DNA of 64,000 nt from Eledone cirrhosa (lineage: Eukaryota): positions 338,768,001-338,832,000 of the forward strand of contig OZ024741.1 of assembly GCA_964016885.1 (NCBI GenBank), read 5' to 3'. Positions 25,001 to 38,300 of the stretch are shown piece by piece (position 1 is the first letter of the stretch; every line of letters starts with the position of its first letter). The notes below the pieces were generated by a model. That model was not told the DNA's origin. It did not search any database and saw only the letters and a program-made list of their open reading frames with translations. The position numbers and the translations under genes were made by a program.

Positions 25001-28000
25001 CTACTGGCTATAGTGTTGGACAGACTGTCATATCTGTGAAGGTGTGTGGTGTAGTGGTTAGAGTTTTACACAGACTGTCATATCTGTGAAGGTGTGTGGT
25101 CTACTGGTTAGAGTGTTGGACTGACCATCATATCTGTGAAGGTGTGTAGTTTAGTGGTTAGAGTGTTAGACAGACTGTCATATTTGTGAAGGTGTGTTGT
25201 CTACTGGTTAGAGTGTTAGACAGACTGTCATATCTGTGAAGGTGTGTGGTCTACTGGTTAGAGTGTTAGACAGACTGTCATATCTGTGAAGGTGTGTGGT
25301 CTACTGGTTAGAGTGTGAGACAGACTGTCATATCTGTGAAGGTGTGTCGTCTACTGGTTAGAGTGTTAGACAGACTGTCATATCTGTGAAGGTGTGTGGT
25401 CTACTGGCTAGAGTGTTGGACAGATTGTCATATCTGTGAAGGTGTGTGCTGTAGTGGTTAGAGTGTTAGACACACTCTCATATTTGTGAAGGTGTGTGGT
25501 CTACTGGTTAGAGTGTTGGACAGACTGTCATATCTGTGAAGGTGTGTGATCTAGTGGTTAGAGTGTTAGACAAACTGTCATATCTGTAAAGGTGTCTGGT
25601 CTACTGGTTAGTGTGTTAGACAGACTGTCATATCTGTGAAGGTGTGTGTTCTACTGGCTAGAGTGTTCGACAGACTGCCATATCTGTGAAGGTGTGTGAT
25701 CTAGTGGTTAGAGTGTTAGACACACTGTCATATTTGTGAAGGTGTGTGTTCTACTGGTTAGAGTGTTGGACAGACTGTCATATCTGTGAAGGTGTGAGGT
25801 CTACTGGTTAGAGTGTTAGACAGACTCTCATATCTGTGAAAGTGTTTCGTCTACTGGTTAGAGTGTTGGACAGACTGTCATATCCGTGAAGGTGTGTGAT
25901 CTAGTGGTTAGAGTGTTAGACAAACTGTCATATCTGTGAAGGTGTGTGGTCTACTGGTTAGAGTGTTGGACAGACTGTCATATCTGTGAAGGTGTGTGAT
26001 CTAGTGGTTAGAGTGTTAGACAAACTGTCATATCTGTGAAGGTGTGAGGTCTACTGTTTAGAGTGTTAGACAGACTGTCATATCTGTGAAGGTGTGTGGT
26101 CTACTAGTTAGAGTGTTGGACAGACTGTCATATCTGTGAAGGTGTGTGGTCTACTGGTTAGAGTGTTAGACAGACTGTCATATCCGTGAAGGTGTGTGGT
26201 CTACTGGTTAGAGTGTTAGACAGACTGTCATATCTGTGAAGGTGTGTGGTCTACTGGTTAGAGTGTTAGACAGACTGTCATATCTGTAAAGGTGTGTGGT
26301 CTACTGGTTAGAGTGTTAGACAGACTGTCATATCTGTAAAGGTGTGTGGTCTACTGGTTAGAGTGTTAGACAGACTGTCATATCTGTGAAGGTGTTTGGT
26401 CTACTGGTTAGAGTGTTGGACAGACTGTCATATCTGTAAAGGTGTGTGGTCTGCTGGTTAGAGTGTTAGACAGCCTGTCATATCTGTGAAGGTGTTTGGT
26501 CTACTGGTTAGAGTGTTGGACAGACTGTCATATCTGTGAAGGTGTGTGATCTAGTGGTTAGAGTGTTAGACAAACTGTCATATCTGTGAAGGTGTGTGTT
26601 CTACTGGTTAGAGTGTTGGACAGACTGTCATATCTGTGAAGGTGTGTGGTCTACTGGTTAGAGTGTTAGACAGACTGTCATATCTGTGAAGGTGTTTGGT
26701 CTACTGGTTAGAGTGTTGGACAGACTGTAATATCTGTGAAGGTGCGTGATCTATTGGGTAGAGTGTTAGACAGACTGTCATATCTGTGAAGGTGTGTGGT
26801 CTACTGGTTAGAGTGTTAGACAGACTGTCATATCTGTGAAGGTGTGCGGTCTACTGGCTAGAGTGTTGGACAGACTGTCATATCTGTGAAGGTGTGTGAT
26901 CTAGTGGTTAGAGTGTTAGACAAACTGTCATATCTGTGAACATGTGTGGTCTACTGGTTAGAGTGTTAGACAGACTGTCATATCTGTGAAGGTGTGTGGT
27001 CTACTGGTTAGAGTGTTAGACAGACTGTCATATCTGTGAAGGTGTGCGGTCTACTGGCTAGAGTGTTGGACAGACTGTCATATCTGTGAAGGTGTGTGAT
27101 CTAGTGGTTAGAGTGTTAGACAAACTGTCATATCTGTGAAGGTGTGTGGTCTACTGGTTAGAGTGTTGGACAGACTGTCATATCTGTGAAGGTGTGTGAT
27201 CTAGTGGTTAGAGTGTTAGACAAACTGTCATATCTGTGAAGGTGTGTGGTCTACTGGTTAGAGTGTTAGACAGACTGTCATATCTGTGAAGGTGTGTGGT
27301 CTACTGGTTAGAGTGTTGGACAGACTGTCATATCTGTGAAGGTGTGTGGTATACTGGTTAGAGTGTTAGACAGACTGTCATATCTGTGAAGGTGTATGTT
27401 CTACTGGCTAGAGTGTTGGACAGACTGTCATATCTGTGAAGGGGTGTGGTGTAGTGGTTAGGGTGTTAGACAGACTGTCATATCTGTGAAGGTGTGTGGT
27501 CTACTGGTTAGAGTGTAAGACAGACTGTCATATCTGTGAGTGTGTGTGGTCTACTGGTTAGAGTGTTAGACAGACTGTCATATTTGTGAAGGTGTGTGGT
27601 CTACTGGTTAGAGTGTTAGACAGACTGTCATATCTGTGAAGGTGTGTGGTCTACTGGTTAGAGTGTTGGACAGACTGTCATATCTGTGAAGGTGTGTGGT
27701 CTACTGGTTAGAGTGTTAGACAGACTGTCATATCTGTGAAGGTGTGTGGTCTACTGGTTAGAGTGTTGGACAGACTGTCATATCTGTGAAGGTGGGTGGT
27801 CTCCTGGTTAGAGTGTTAGACAGACTGTCATATCTGTGAAGGTGTGTGTTCTACTGGCTAGAGTGTTGGACAGACTGCCATATCTGTGAAGGTGTGTGAT
27901 CTAGTGGTTAGAGTGTTAGACAAACTGTCATATCTGTGAAGGTGTGTGTTCTACAGGTTAGAGTGTTGGACAGACTGTCATATCTGTGAAGGTGTGTGGT

Positions 28001-31000
28001 CTACTGGTTAGAGTGTTAGACAGACTGTAATATCTGAGAAGGTGTGTGGTGTACTGGTTAGAGTGTTGGACAGACTGTCATATCTGTGAAGGTGTGCGGT
28101 CTACTGGCTAGAGTGTTGGACAGACTGTCATATCTGTGAAGGTGTGTGATCTAGTGGTTAGAGTGTTAGACAAACAGTCATATCTGTGAAGGTGTGTGGT
28201 CTACTGGTTAGAGTGTTGGACAGACTGTCATATCTGTGATGGTGTGTGATCTAGTGGTTAGAGTGTTAGACAAACTGTCATATTTGTGAAGGTGTGTGAT
28301 CTACTGGTTAGAGTGTTGGACAAACTGTCATATCTGTGAAGGTGTGTGTTCTACTGGCTATAGTGTTGGACAGACTGTCATATCTGTGAAGGTGTGTGGT
28401 CTACTGGTTAGAGTGTTAGACAGACTGTCATATCTGTGAAGGTGGGTGGTCTACTGGTTAGAGTGTTGGACTGACCATCATATCTGTGAAGGTGTGTGGT
28501 CTACTGGTTAGAGTGTTAGACAGACTGTCATATCTGTGAAGGTGTGTGGTCTACTGGTTAGAGTGTTGGACAGACTGTCATATCTGTGAAGGTGTGTGGT
28601 CTACTGGTTAGAGTGTTAGACAGACTGTCATATCTGTGAAGGTGTGTGGTCTACTGGTTAGAGTGTTAGACAGACTGTCATATCTGTGAAGGTGTGTGGT
28701 CTACTGGTTAGAGTGTTAGACAGACTGTCATATCTGTGAAGGTGTGTGGTCTACTGGTTAGAGTGTTAGACAGACTGTCATATCTGTGAAGGTGTGTGGT
28801 CTACTGGTTAGAGTGTTGGACAGACTGTCATATCTGTGAAGGTGTGTGGTCTACTGGTTAGAGTGTTAGACAGACTGTCATATCTGTGAAGGTGGGTGGT
28901 CTACTGGTTAGAGTGTTGGACTGACCATCATATCTGTGAAGGTGTGTAGTCTAGTGGTTAGAGTGTTAGACCGACTGTCATATCTGTGAAGGTGTGTGGT
29001 CTACTGGTTAGAGTGTTAGACAGACTGTCATATCTGTGAAGGTGGGTGGTCTCCTGGTTAGAGTGTTAGACAGACTGTCATATCTGTGAAGGTGTGTGTT
29101 CTACTGGCTAGAGTGTTGGACAGACTGCCATATCTGTGAAGGTGTGTGATCTAGTGGTTAGAGTGTCAGACAAACTGTCATATCTGTGAAGGTGTGTGTT
29201 CTACAGGTTAGAGTGTTGGACAGACTGTCATATCTGTGAAGGTGTGTGGTCTACTGGTTAGAGTGTTAGACAGACTGTAATATCTGAGAAGGTGTGTGGT
29301 GTACTGGTTAGAGTGTTGGACAGACTGTCATATCTGTGAAGGTGTGCGGTCTACTGGCTAGAGTGTTGGACAGACTGTCATATCTGTGAAGGTGTGTGAT
29401 CTAGTGGTTAGAGTGTTAGACAAACAGTCATATCTGTGAAGGTGTGTGGTCTACTGGTTAGAGTGTTGGACAGACTGTCATATCTGTGATGGTGTGTGAT
29501 CTAGTGGTTAGAGTGTTAGACAAACTGTCATATCTGTGAAGGTGTGTGATCTACTGGTTAGAGTGTTGGACAAACTGTCATATCTGTGAAGGTGTGTGTT
29601 CTACTGGCTATAGTGTTGGACATACTGTCATATCTGTGAAGGTGTGTGGTGTAGTGGTTAGAGTTTTACACAGACTGTCATATCTGTGAAGGTGTGTGGT
29701 CTACTGGTTAGAGTGTTGGACTGACCATCATATCTGTGAAGGTGTGTAGTTTAGTGGTTAGAGTGTTAGACAGACTGTCATATTTGTGAAGGTGTGTTGT
29801 CTACTGGTTAGAGTGTTAGACAGACTGTCATATCTGTGAAGGTGTGTGGTCTACTGGTTAGAGTGTTAGACAGACTGTCATATCTGTGAAGGTGTGTGGT
29901 CTACTGGTTAGAGTGTGAGACAGACTGTCATATCTGTGAAGGTGTGTCGTCTACTGGTTAGAGTGTTAGACAGACTGTCATATCTGTGAAGGTGTGTGGT
30001 CTACTGGCTAGAGTGTTGGACAGATTGTCATATCTGTGAAGGTGTGTGCTGTAGTGGTTAGAGTGTTAGACACACTCTCATATTTGTGAAGGTGTGTGGT
30101 CTACTGGTTAGAGTGTTGGACAGACTGTCATATCTGTGAAGGTGTGTGATCTAGTGGTTAGAGTGTTAGACAAACTGTCATATCTGTAAAGGTGTCTGGT
30201 CTACTGGTTAGTGTGTTAGACAGACTGTCATATCTGTGAAGGTGTGTGTTCTACTGGCTAGAGTGTTCGACAGACTGCCATATCTGTGAAGGTGTGTGAT
30301 CTAGTGGTTAGAGTGTTAGACACACTGTCATATCTGTGAAGGTGTGTGTTCTACTGGTTAGAGTGTTGGACAGACTGTCATATCTGTGAAGGTGTGTGGT
30401 CTACTGGTTAGAGTGTTAGACAGACTCTCATATCTGTGAAAGTGTTTCGTCTACTGGTTAGAGTGTTGGACAGACTGTCATATCCGTGAAGGTGTGTGAT
30501 CTAGTGGTTAGAGTGTTAGACAAACTGTCATATCTGTGAAGGTGTGTGGTCTACTGGTTAGAGTGTTGGACAGACTGTCATATCTGTGAAGGTGTGTGAT
30601 CTAGTGGTTAGAGTGTTAGACAAACTGTCATATCTGTGAAGGTGTGAGGTCTACTGTTTAGAGTGTTAGACAGACTGTCATATCTGTGAAGGTGTGTGGT
30701 CTACTAGTTAGAGTGTTGGACAGACTGTCATATCTGTGAAGGTGTGTGGTCTACTGGTTAGAGTGTTAGACAGACTGTCATATCCGTGAAGGTGTGTGGT
30801 CTACTGGTTAGAGTGTTAGACAGACTGTCATATCTGTGAAGGTGTGTGGTCTACTGGTTAGAGTGTTAGACAGACTGTCATATCTGTAAAGGTGTGTGGT
30901 CTACTGGTTAGAGTGTTAGACAGACTGTCATATCTGTGAAGGTGTTTGGTCTACTGGTTAGAGTGTTGGACAGACTGTCATATCTGTAAAGGTGTGTGGT

Positions 31001-32300
31001 CTGCTGGTTAGAGTGTTAGACAGCCTGTCATATCTGTGAAGGTGTTTGGTCTACTGGTTAGAGTGTTGGACAGACTGTCATATCTGTGAAGGTGTGTGAT
31101 CTAGTGGTTAGAGTGTTAGACAAACTGTCATATCTGTGAAGGTGTGTGTTCTACTGGTTAGAGTGTTGGACAGACTGTCATATCTGTGAAGGTGTGTGGT
31201 CTACTGGTTAGAGTGTTAGACAGACTGTCATATCTGTGAAGGTGTTTGGTCTACTGGTTAGAGTGTTGGACAGACTGTAATATCTGTGAAGGTGTGTGAT
31301 CTATTGGGTAGAGTGTTAGACAGACTGTCATATCTGTGAAGGTGTGTGGTCTACTGGTTAGAGTGTTAGACAGACTGTCATATCTGTGAAGGTGTGCGGT
31401 CTACTGGCTAGAGTGTTGGACAGACTGTCATATCTGTGAAGGTGTGTGATCTAGTGGTTAGAGTGTTAGACAAACTGTCATATCTGTGAAGGTGTGTGGT
31501 CTACTGGTTAGAGTGTTAGACAGACTGTCATATCTGTGAAGGTGTGTGGTCTACTGGTTAGAGTGTTAGACAGACTGTCATATCTGTGAAGGTGTGCGGT
31601 CTACTGGCTAGAGTGTTGGACAGACTGTCATATCTGTGAAGGTGTGTGATCTAGTGGTTAGAGTGTTAGACAAACTGTCATATCTGTGAAGGTGTGTGGT
31701 CTACTGGTTAGAGTGTTGGACAGACTGTCATATCTGTGAAGGTGTGTGATCTAGTGGTTAGAGTGTTAGACAAACTGTCATATCTGTGAAGGTGTGTGGT
31801 CTACTGGTTAGAGTGTTAGACAGACTGTCATATCTGTGAAGGTGTGTGGTCTACTGGTTAGAGTGTTGGACAGACTGTCATATCTGTGAAGGTGTGTGGT
31901 ATACTGGTTAGAGTGTTAGACAGACTGTCATATCTGTGAAGGTGTGTGTTCTACTGGCTAGAGTGTTGGACAGACTGTCATATCTGTGAAGGGGTGTGGT
32001 GTAGTGGTTAGGGTGTTAGACATACTGTCATATCTGTGAAGGTGTGTGGTCTACTGGTTAGAGTGTAAGACAGACTGTCATATCTGTGAGTGTGTGTGGT
32101 CTACTGGTTAGAGTGTTAGACAGACTGTCATATTTGTGAAGGTGTGTGGTCTACTGGTTAGAGTGTTAGACAGACTGTCATATCTGTGAAGGTGTGTGGT
32201 CTACTGGTTAGAGTGTTGGACAGACTGTCATATCTGTGAAGGTGTGTGGTCTACTGGTTAGAGTGTTAGACAGACTGTCATATCTGTGAAGGTGTGTGGT
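25001..32300. repeat. Duplicated block ~25001-27750 repeated at ~29601-32300 (offset 4,600 then 4,550 bp)
   Basis: gagttttaca 25061/29661, cacactctca 25471/30071 and gagtgttcga 25661/30261 give an offset of 4600. ctgctggtta 26451/31001 and gagtgtaaga 27511/32061 give 4550, a one-monomer difference. Confidence 0.85.
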
Positions 32301-35300
32301 CTACTGGTTAGAGTGTTAGACAGACTGTCATATCTGTGAAGGTGGGTGGTCTACTGGTTAGAGTGTTGGACTGACCATCATATCTGTGAAGGTGTGTAGT
32401 CTAGTGGTTAGAGTGTTAGACCGACTGTCATATCTGTGAAGGTGTGTGGTCTACTGGTTAGAGTGTTAGACAGACTGTCATATCTGTGAAGGTGGGTGGT
32501 CTCCTGGTTAGAGTGTTAGACAGACTGCCATATCTGTGAAGGTGTGTGATCTAGTGGTTAGAGTGTTAGACAAACTGTCATATCTGTGAAGGTGTGTGTT
32601 CTACAGGTTAGAGTGTTGGACAGACTGTCATATCTGTGAAGGTGTGTGGTCTACTGGTTAGAGTGTTAGACAGACTGTAATATCTGAGAAGGTGTGTGGT
32701 GTACTGGTTAGAGTGTTGGACAGACTGTCATATCTGTGAAGGTGTGCGGTCTACTGGCTAGAGTGTTGGACAGACTGTCATATCTGTGAAGGTGTGTGAT
32801 CTAGTGGTTAGAGTGTTAGACAAACAGTCATATCTGTGAAGGTGTGTGGTCTACTGGTTAGAGTGTTGGACAGACTGTCATATCTGTGATGGTGTGTGAT
32901 CTAGTGGTTAGAGTGTTAGACAAACTGTCATATTTGTGAAGGTGTGTGATCTACTGGTTAGAGTGTTGGACAAACTGTCATATCTGTGAAGGTGTGTGTT
33001 CTACTGGCTATAGTGTTGGACAGACTGTCATATCTGTGAAGGTGTGTGGTGTAGTGGTTAGAGTTTTACACAGACTGTCATATCTGTGAAGGTGTGTGGT
33101 CTACTGGTTAGAGTGTTGGACTGACCATCATATCTGTGAAGGTGTGTAGTTTAGTGGTTAGAGTGTTAGACAGACTGTCATATTTGTGAAGGTGTGTTGT
33201 CTACTGGTTAGAGTGTTAGACAGACTGTCATATCTGTGAAGGTGTGTGGTCTACTGGTTAGAGTGTTAGACAGACTGTCATATCTGTGAAGGTGTGTGGT
33301 CTACTGGTTAGAGTGTGAGACAGACTGTCATATCTGTGAAGGTGTGTCGTCTACTGGTTAGAGTGTTAGACAGACTGTCATATCTGTGAAGGTGTGTGGT
33401 CTACTGGCTAGAGTGTTGGACAGATTGTCATATCTGTGAAGGTGTGTGCTGTAGTGGTTAGAGTGTTAGACACACTGTCATATTTGTGAAGGCGTGTGGT
33501 CTACTGGTTAGAGTGTTGGACAGACTGTCATATCTGTGAAGGTGTGTGATCTAGTGGTTAGAGTGTTAGACAGACTGTCATATCTGTGAAGGTGTGTGTT
33601 CTACTGGCTAGAGTGTTGGACAGACTGCCATATCTGTGAAGGTGTGTGATCTAGTGGTTAGATTGTTAGACACACTGTCATATCTGTGAAGGTGTGTGTT
33701 CTACTGGTTAGAGTGTTGGACAGACTGTCATATCTGTGAAGGTGTGTGGTCTACTGGTTAGAGTGTTAGACAGACTCTCATATCTGTGAAAGTGTTTCGT
33801 CTACTGGTTAGAGTGTTGGACAGACTGTCATATCCGTGAAGGTGTGTGATCTAGTGGTTAGAGTGTTAGACAAACTGTCATACCTGTGAAGGTGTGTGGT
33901 CTACTGGTTAGAGTGTTGGACAGACTGTCATATCTGTGAAGGTGTGTGATCTAGTGGTTAGAGTGTTAGACAAACTGTCATATCTGTGAAGGTGTGAGGT
34001 CTACTTTTTAGAGTGTTAGACAGACTGTCATATCTGTGAAGGTGTGTGGTCTACTAGTTAGAGTGTTGGACAGACTGTCATATCTGTGAAGGTGTGTGGT
34101 CTACTGGTTAGAGTGTTAGACAGACTGTCATATCCGTGAAGGTGTGTGGTCTACTGGTTAGAGTGTTAGACAGACTGTCATATCTGTGAAGGTGTGTGGT
34201 CTACTGGTTAGAGTGTTAGACAGACTGTCATATCTGTGAAGGTGTTTGGTCTACTGGTTAGAGTGTTGGACAGACTGTCATATCTGTAAAGGTGTGTGGT
34301 CTGCTGGTTAGAGTGTTAGACAGCCTGTCATATCTGTGAAGGTGTTTGGTCTACTGGCTAGAGTGTTGGACAGACTGTCATATCTGTGAAGGTGTGTGAT
34401 CTAGTGGTTAGAGTGTTAGACAAACTGTCATATCTGTGAAGGTGTGTGGTCTACTGGTTAGAGTGTTGGACAGACTGTCATATCTGTGAAGGTGTGTGAT
34501 CTAGTGGTTAGAGTGTTAGACAAACTGTCATATCTGTGAAGGTGTGTGGTCTACTGGTTAGAGTGTTAGACAGACTGTCATATCTGTGAAGGTGTGTGGT
34601 CTACTGGTTAGAGTGTTAGACAGACTGTCATATCTGTGAAGGTGTGTGTTCTACTGGCTAGAGTGTTGGACAGACTGTCATATCTGTGAAGGGGTGTGGT
34701 GTAGTGGTTAGGGTGTTAGACAGACTGTCATATCTGTGAAGGTGTGTGGTCTACTGGTTAGAGTGTAAGACAGACTGTCATATCTGTGAGTGTGTGTGGT
34801 CTACTGGTTAGAGTGTTAGACAGACTGTCATATTTGTGAAGGTGTGTGGTCTACTGGTTAGAGTGTTAGACAGACTGTCATATCTGTGAAGGTGTGTGGT
34901 CTACTGGTTAGAGTGTTGGACAGACTGTCATATCTGTGAAGGTGTGTGGTCTACTGGTTAGAGTGTTAGACAGACTGTCATATCTGTGAAGGTGTGTGGT
35001 CTACTGGTTAGAGTGTTAGACAGACTGTCATATCTGTGAAGGTGGGTGGTCTACTGGTTAGAGTGTTGGACTGACCATCATATCTGTGAAGGTGTGTGGT
35101 CTACTGGTTAGAGTGTTAGACAGACTGTCATACCTGTGAAGGTGTGTGGTCTACTGGCTAGAATCTTAGACAAACTGTCATATCTGTAAAGGTGTGTGGT
35201 CTACTGGTTAGAGTGTTGGACAGACTGTCATATCTGTGAAGGTGTGTGGTCTACTGTTTAGTGTGTTAGACAGACTGTCATATCTGTGAAGGTGGGTGGT

Positions 35301-38300
35301 CTACTGGTTAGAGTGTTGGTCTGACCATCATATCTGTAAAGGTGTGTAGTCTAGTGGTTAGAGTGTTGGACAGACTGTCATATCTGTGAAGGTGTGTGGT
35401 CTAGTGGTTAGAGTGTTAGACAGACTGTCATATTTGTGAAGGAGTGTGGTCTACTGGTTAGAGTGTTAGACAGACTGTCATATCTGTGAAGGTGTGTGGT
35501 CTACTGGCTAGAATGTTAGACAAACTGTCATATCTGTAAAGGTGTGTGGTCTACTGGTTAGAGTGTTGGACAGACTGTCATATCTGTGAAGGTGTGTGGT
35601 CTACTGGTTAGTGTGTTAGACAGACTGTCATATCTGTGAAGGTGTGTGGTCTACTGGCTAGAGTGTTGGACAGACTGTCATATCTGTGAAGGTGTGTGAT
35701 CTAGTGGTTAGAGTGTTAGACAAACTCTCATATCTGTGAAGGTGTGTGTTCTACTGGTTAGAGTGTTGGACAGACTGTCATATCTGTGAAGGTGGGTGGT
35801 CTACTGGTTAGAGTGTTGGACTGACCATCATATCTGTGAAGGTGTGTAGTCTAGTGGTTAGAGTGTTAGACCGACTGTCATATCTGTGAAGGTGTGTGGT
35901 CTACTGGTTAGAGTGTTAGACAGACTGTCATATCTGTGAAGGTGGGTGGTCTACTGGTTAGAGTGTTGGACTGACCATCATATCCGTGAAGGTGTGTTAT
36001 CTAGTGGTTAGAGTGTTGGACAGACTGTCATATCTGTGAAGATGTGTGGTCTAGTGGTTAGAGTGTTAGACAGACTGTCATATTTGTGAAGGTGTGTGGT
36101 TTACTGGTTAGAGTGTTGGACAGACTGTCATATCTGTGAAGGTGTTTGGTCTACTAGTTAGAGTGTTGGACAGACTGTCATATCTGTGAAGGTGTGTGAT
36201 CTAATGGTTAGAGTGTTAGACAGACTGTCATATCTGTGAAGTTGTGTGGTCTAATGGTTAGAGTGTTAGACAGACTGTCATATCTGTGAAGGTATGTGTT
36301 CTACTGGCTAGAGTGTTGGACAGACTGTAATATCTGTGAAGGTGTGTGGTCTACTGGCTAGAATGTTAGACAAACTGTCATATCTGTAAAGGTGTGTGGT
36401 CTACTGGTTAGAGTGTTAGACAGACTGTCATATCTGTGAAGGTGTTTGGTCTACTGGTTAGAGTGTTGGACAGACTGTCATATCTGTAAAGGTGTGTGGT
36501 CTGCTGGTTAGAGTGTTAGACAGCCTGTCATATCTGTGAAGGTGTTTGGTCTACTGGTTAGAGTGTTGGACAGACTGTCATATCTGTGAAGGTGTGTGAT
36601 CTAGTGGTTATAGTGTTAGACAAACTGTCATATCTGTGAAGGTGTGTGTTCTACTGGTTAGAGTGTTGGACAGACTGTCATATCTGTGAAGGTGTGTGGT
36701 CTACTGGTTAGAGTGTTAGACAGACTGTCATATCTGTGAAGGTGTTTGGTCTACTGGTTAGAGTGTTGGACAGACTGTAATATCTGTGAAGGTGTGTGAT
36801 CTATTGGGTAGAGTGTTAGACAGACTGTCATATCTGTGAAGGTGTGTGGTCTACTGGTTAGAGTGTTAGACAGACTGTCATATCTGTGAAGGTGTGCGGT
36901 CTACTGGCTAGAGTGTTGGACAGACTGTCATATCTGTGAAGGTGTGTGATCTAGTGGTTAGAGTGTTAGACAAACTGTCATATCTGTGAAGGTGTGTGGT
37001 CTACTGGTTAGAGTGTTAGACAGACTGTCATATCTGTGAAGGTGTGTGGTCTACTGGTTAGAGTGTTAGACAGACTGTCATATCTGTGAAGGTGTGCGGT
37101 CTACTGGCTAGAGTGTTGGACAGACTGTCATATCTGTGAAGGTGTGTGATCTAGTGGTTAGAGTGTTAGACAAACTGTCATATCTGTGAAGGTGTGTGGT
37201 CTACTGGTTAGAGTGTTGGACAGACTGTCATATCTGTGAAGGTGTGTGATCTAGTGGTTAGAGTGTTAGACAAACTGTCATATCTGTGAAGGTGTGTGGT
37301 CTACTGGTTAGAGTGTTAGACAGACTGTCATATCTGTGAAGGTGTGTGGTCTACTGGTTAGAGTGTTGGACAGACTGTCATATCTGTGAAGGTGTGTGGT
37401 ATACTGGTTAGAGTGTTAGACAGACTGTCATATCTGTGAAGGTGTGTGTTCTACTGGCTAGAGTGTTGGACAGACTGTCATATCTGTGAAGGGGTGTGGT
37501 GTAGTGGTTAGGGTGTTAGACATACTGTCATATCTGTGAAGGTGTGTGGTCTACTGGTTAGAGTGTAAGACAGACTGTCATATCTGTGAGTGTGTGTGGT
37601 CTACTGGTTAGAGTGTTAGACAGACTGTCATATTTGTGAAGGTGTGTGGTCTACTGGTTAGAGTGTTAGACAGACTGTCATATCTGTGAAGGTGTGTGGT
37701 CTACTGGTTAGAGTGTTGGACAGACTGTCATATCTGTGAAGGTGTGTGGTCTACTGGTTAGAGTGTTAGACAGACTGTCATATCTGTGAAGGTGTGTGGT
37801 CTACTGGTTAGAGTGTTAGACAGACTGTCATATCTGTGAAGGTGGGTGGTCTACTGGTTAGAGTGTTGGACTGACCATCATATCTGTGAAGGTGTGTAGT
37901 CTAGTGGTTAGAGTGTTAGACCGACTGTCATATCTGTGAAGGTGTGTGGTCTACTGGTTAGAGTGTTAGACAGACTGTCATATCTGTGAAGGTGGGTGGT
38001 CTCCTGGTTAGAGTGTTAGACAGACTGCCATATCTGTGAAGGTGTGTGATCTAGTGGTTAGAGTGTTAGACAAACTGTCATATCTGTGAAGGTGTGTGTT
38101 CTACAGGTTAGAGTGTTGGACAGACTGTCATATCTGTGAAGGTGTGTGGTCTACTGGTTAGAGTGTTAGACAGACTGTAATATCTGAGAAGGTGTGTGGT
38201 GTACTGGTTAGAGTGTTGGACAGACTGTCATATCTGTGAAGGTGTGCGGTCTACTGGCTAGAGTGTTGGACAGACTGTCATATCTGTGAAGGTGTGTGAT

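Noticed and set aside
28501-28880. Run of nearly pure consensus monomers as a distinct element
   Set aside because: It differs only by lacking variants apart from the A/G at position 18. Similar short runs occur elsewhere and fit local slippage or homogenisation.
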